A stretch of DNA of 64,000 bases, from contig JAQVCG010000003.1 of the NCBI GenBank assembly GCA_028689875.1, positions 3,662 to 67,661 of the forward strand, in the 5' to 3' direction. The notes below the pieces were generated by a model that saw nothing but the letters and a program-made list of their open reading frames with translations, had not been told where the DNA came from and did no database searches. The DNA comes from Candidatus Rifleibacteriota bacterium. GTDB taxonomy: Bacteria > Muiribacteriota > Ozemobacteria > Ozemobacterales > Ozemobacteraceae. Each line of letters begins with the position of its first letter. The first letter of the stretch is position 1. Position numbers and translations under genes: made by a program. This document shows positions 62,791 to 64,000 of the stretch, in pieces.

Positions 62791-64000
62791 ATGAAATTTC
62801 ACATCATATCATTAGGATGCACTAAAAACACGGCCGATTCTGAAAAGATAGCCAATATCTTTGCACAATCAGGTTTTACTTGGGTAAACAATCCACAAGA
62901 AAGTGACCTATTACTTATAAACACTTGTGGTTTTATCAACGACGCCAAAGAACAGTCTCTCAGCGTTATAATGGAATCCGTGTCATTAAAAGATAATTTG
63001 CCGTCGGGCAAAGCATTAAAAATAGCCGTATTTGGTTGCCTTGTAAAACGTTATTACAACGAAATAAAATCACAAATACCTGAGATAGACTACCTTTTCG
63101 ACTTTTTTAACGAAAAAAACCTTAAAGAGCTTATAAGCTTAAATAAACAAAATGATGCATCTTGTTTTAATCCTGCGCGCTTTTTCACGCCGCCCCATAT
63201 CGGCATTCTCAAAATAGCAGAAGGATGTGACAACAGATGCTCTTACTGTGCTATACCTAACATAAGAGGCCCGTTCGTTTCGTTAGATGAAAAATCTATC
63301 CTAGACAACGCTCAGGAACTTGCCGAATCGGGAGCCAAAGAACTTTCGGTCGTTGCGCAAGACATAACAAGATATGGCACTGACAAAGGGAAAGAGTGTT
63401 CCCTGCCCTCTTTGGTAAAAAAACTCTCAAAAATCAAGGGCATAGAGTGGATACGACTTCACTACATGCACCCGCGAGGGTTAACCGTAAAGCTTATCAA
63501 TGAGCTATACTCAATCGACAAAGTTGTGCCGTATTTTGACATACCGCTTCAGCACGTTTCTCCGAAATTAATCGAAGCTATGAACAGACACACGACTCTT
63601 GAACACATGATCGAAATATTGTCACATATTCGATCAGCCTACCCAAGCGGCGCAATAAGAACAACATTCATTGTAGGCTTCCCTTCTGAAACTCCATCAG
63701 ACTTTAACAAGCTCATAAACTTTATTGAAGAGTATCCCCTTGATAGAGTCGGCGCATTTATGTATTCACCGGAAGAAGGCACCCCCGCCTTTAATTTTTC
63801 GCGCAAAGTCAGCCCAAAAGTCAAACAATCGCGTCTCGACCGTCTAATGACTTTACAGCAGCTAATAATCGAAGAACAAAATAAAAAGCTAATAGGACAG
63901 ACGCTTGATGTTATAGTTGATTCGGTCGAGAACGGCAGCGCAAAATGCAGAACAAAGTTTGATGCTTATGAAGTCGACAATTCCACAACAATTCACAAGT
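62791..64000 (+). CDS. rimO: ribosomal protein S12 methylthiotransferase RimO (3' end beyond the window)
   Basis: Manual translation gives MKFHIISLGCTKNTADSEK...NTCGFINDAKEQS...EGCDNRCSYCAIPNIRG...DIPLQHVSPKLIEAMNR...GAFMYSPEEGTPA. These are the MTTase N-domain, the radical SAM CxxxCxxC and RimO-type downstream motifs. The frame stays open to position 64000. It is absent from the ORF track because no stop codon lies in the window. Confidence 0.8.
   Translation, partial: MKFHIISLGCTKNTADSEKIANIFAQSGFTWVNNPQESDLLLINTCGFINDAKEQSLSVIMESVSLKDNLPSGKALKIAVFGCLVKRYYNEIKSQIPEIDYLFDFFNEKNLKELISLNKQNDASCFNPARFFTPPHIGILKIAEGCDNRCSYCAIPNIRGPFVSLDEKSILDNAQELAESGAKELSVVAQDITRYGTDKGKECSLPSLVKKLSKIKGIEWIRLHYMHPRGLTVKLINELYSIDKVVPYFDIPLQHVSPKLIEAMNRHTTLEHMIEILSHIRSAYPSGAIRTTFIVGFPSETPSDFNKLINFIEEYPLDRVGAFMYSPEEGTPAFNFSRKVSPKVKQSRLDRLMTLQQLIIEEQNKKLIGQTLDVIVDSVENGSAKCRTKFDAYEVDNSTTIHK

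Overview
This window is a compact, moderately AT-rich bacterial chromosome segment in which many genes abut or overlap by 1-4 nt. I count about 50 protein genes and one tRNA-Ala(CGC). I saw no rRNA, CRISPR array, transposase, integrase or phage genes. The gene content suggests an anaerobic fermentative bacterium, but the lineage cannot be fixed by eye. Supporting genes are the hydE-hydG-hydF [FeFe]-hydrogenase maturases, a clostridial-type 2x[4Fe-4S] ferredoxin, a class I Fe-S fumarate hydratase and the Na+-pumping oxaloacetate decarboxylase oadGAB. Housekeeping genes include efp, uppP, ftsK, alr, plsC and rimO (3' end off-window).

The stand-out locus lies at about 11.9-21.3 kb. It is a tightly packed minus-strand operon of four tandem PilT-family ATPases. 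Two have intact catalytic boxes and two are degenerate. A 714-aa HEAT+TPR protein sits between the two pairs and a GspG-like pseudopilin is the last gene. The pseudopilin abuts, stop codon to stop codon, a convergent Maf/DUF115-type putative glycosyltransferase. A second HEAT+TPR paralogue is transcribed divergently from the operon. The window contains no extension ATPase (PilB/GspE), full platform protein, secretin or prepilin peptidase. A 146-aa ORF at 5.8 kb does look like a PilC/GspF platform protein stripped of both cytoplasmic domains.

Secondary observations:
- ftsK is translationally coupled to two giant (1612 and about 1536 aa) all-TPR proteins.
- An identical Fur-box-like 16-mer with degenerate companions sits in the two intergenic regions that bracket the uppP-ftsK-TPR block.
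- EF-P appears to carry Asn at the normally modified loop tip.
- An ATP-grasp enzyme is coupled to a peptidase-MA-like protein with a broken HExxH motif.
- A GH13-like protein has non-canonical catalytic regions.
- A YtrA-type module has unusual partners.

All functional calls come from by-eye motif recognition. No searches or computations were run.
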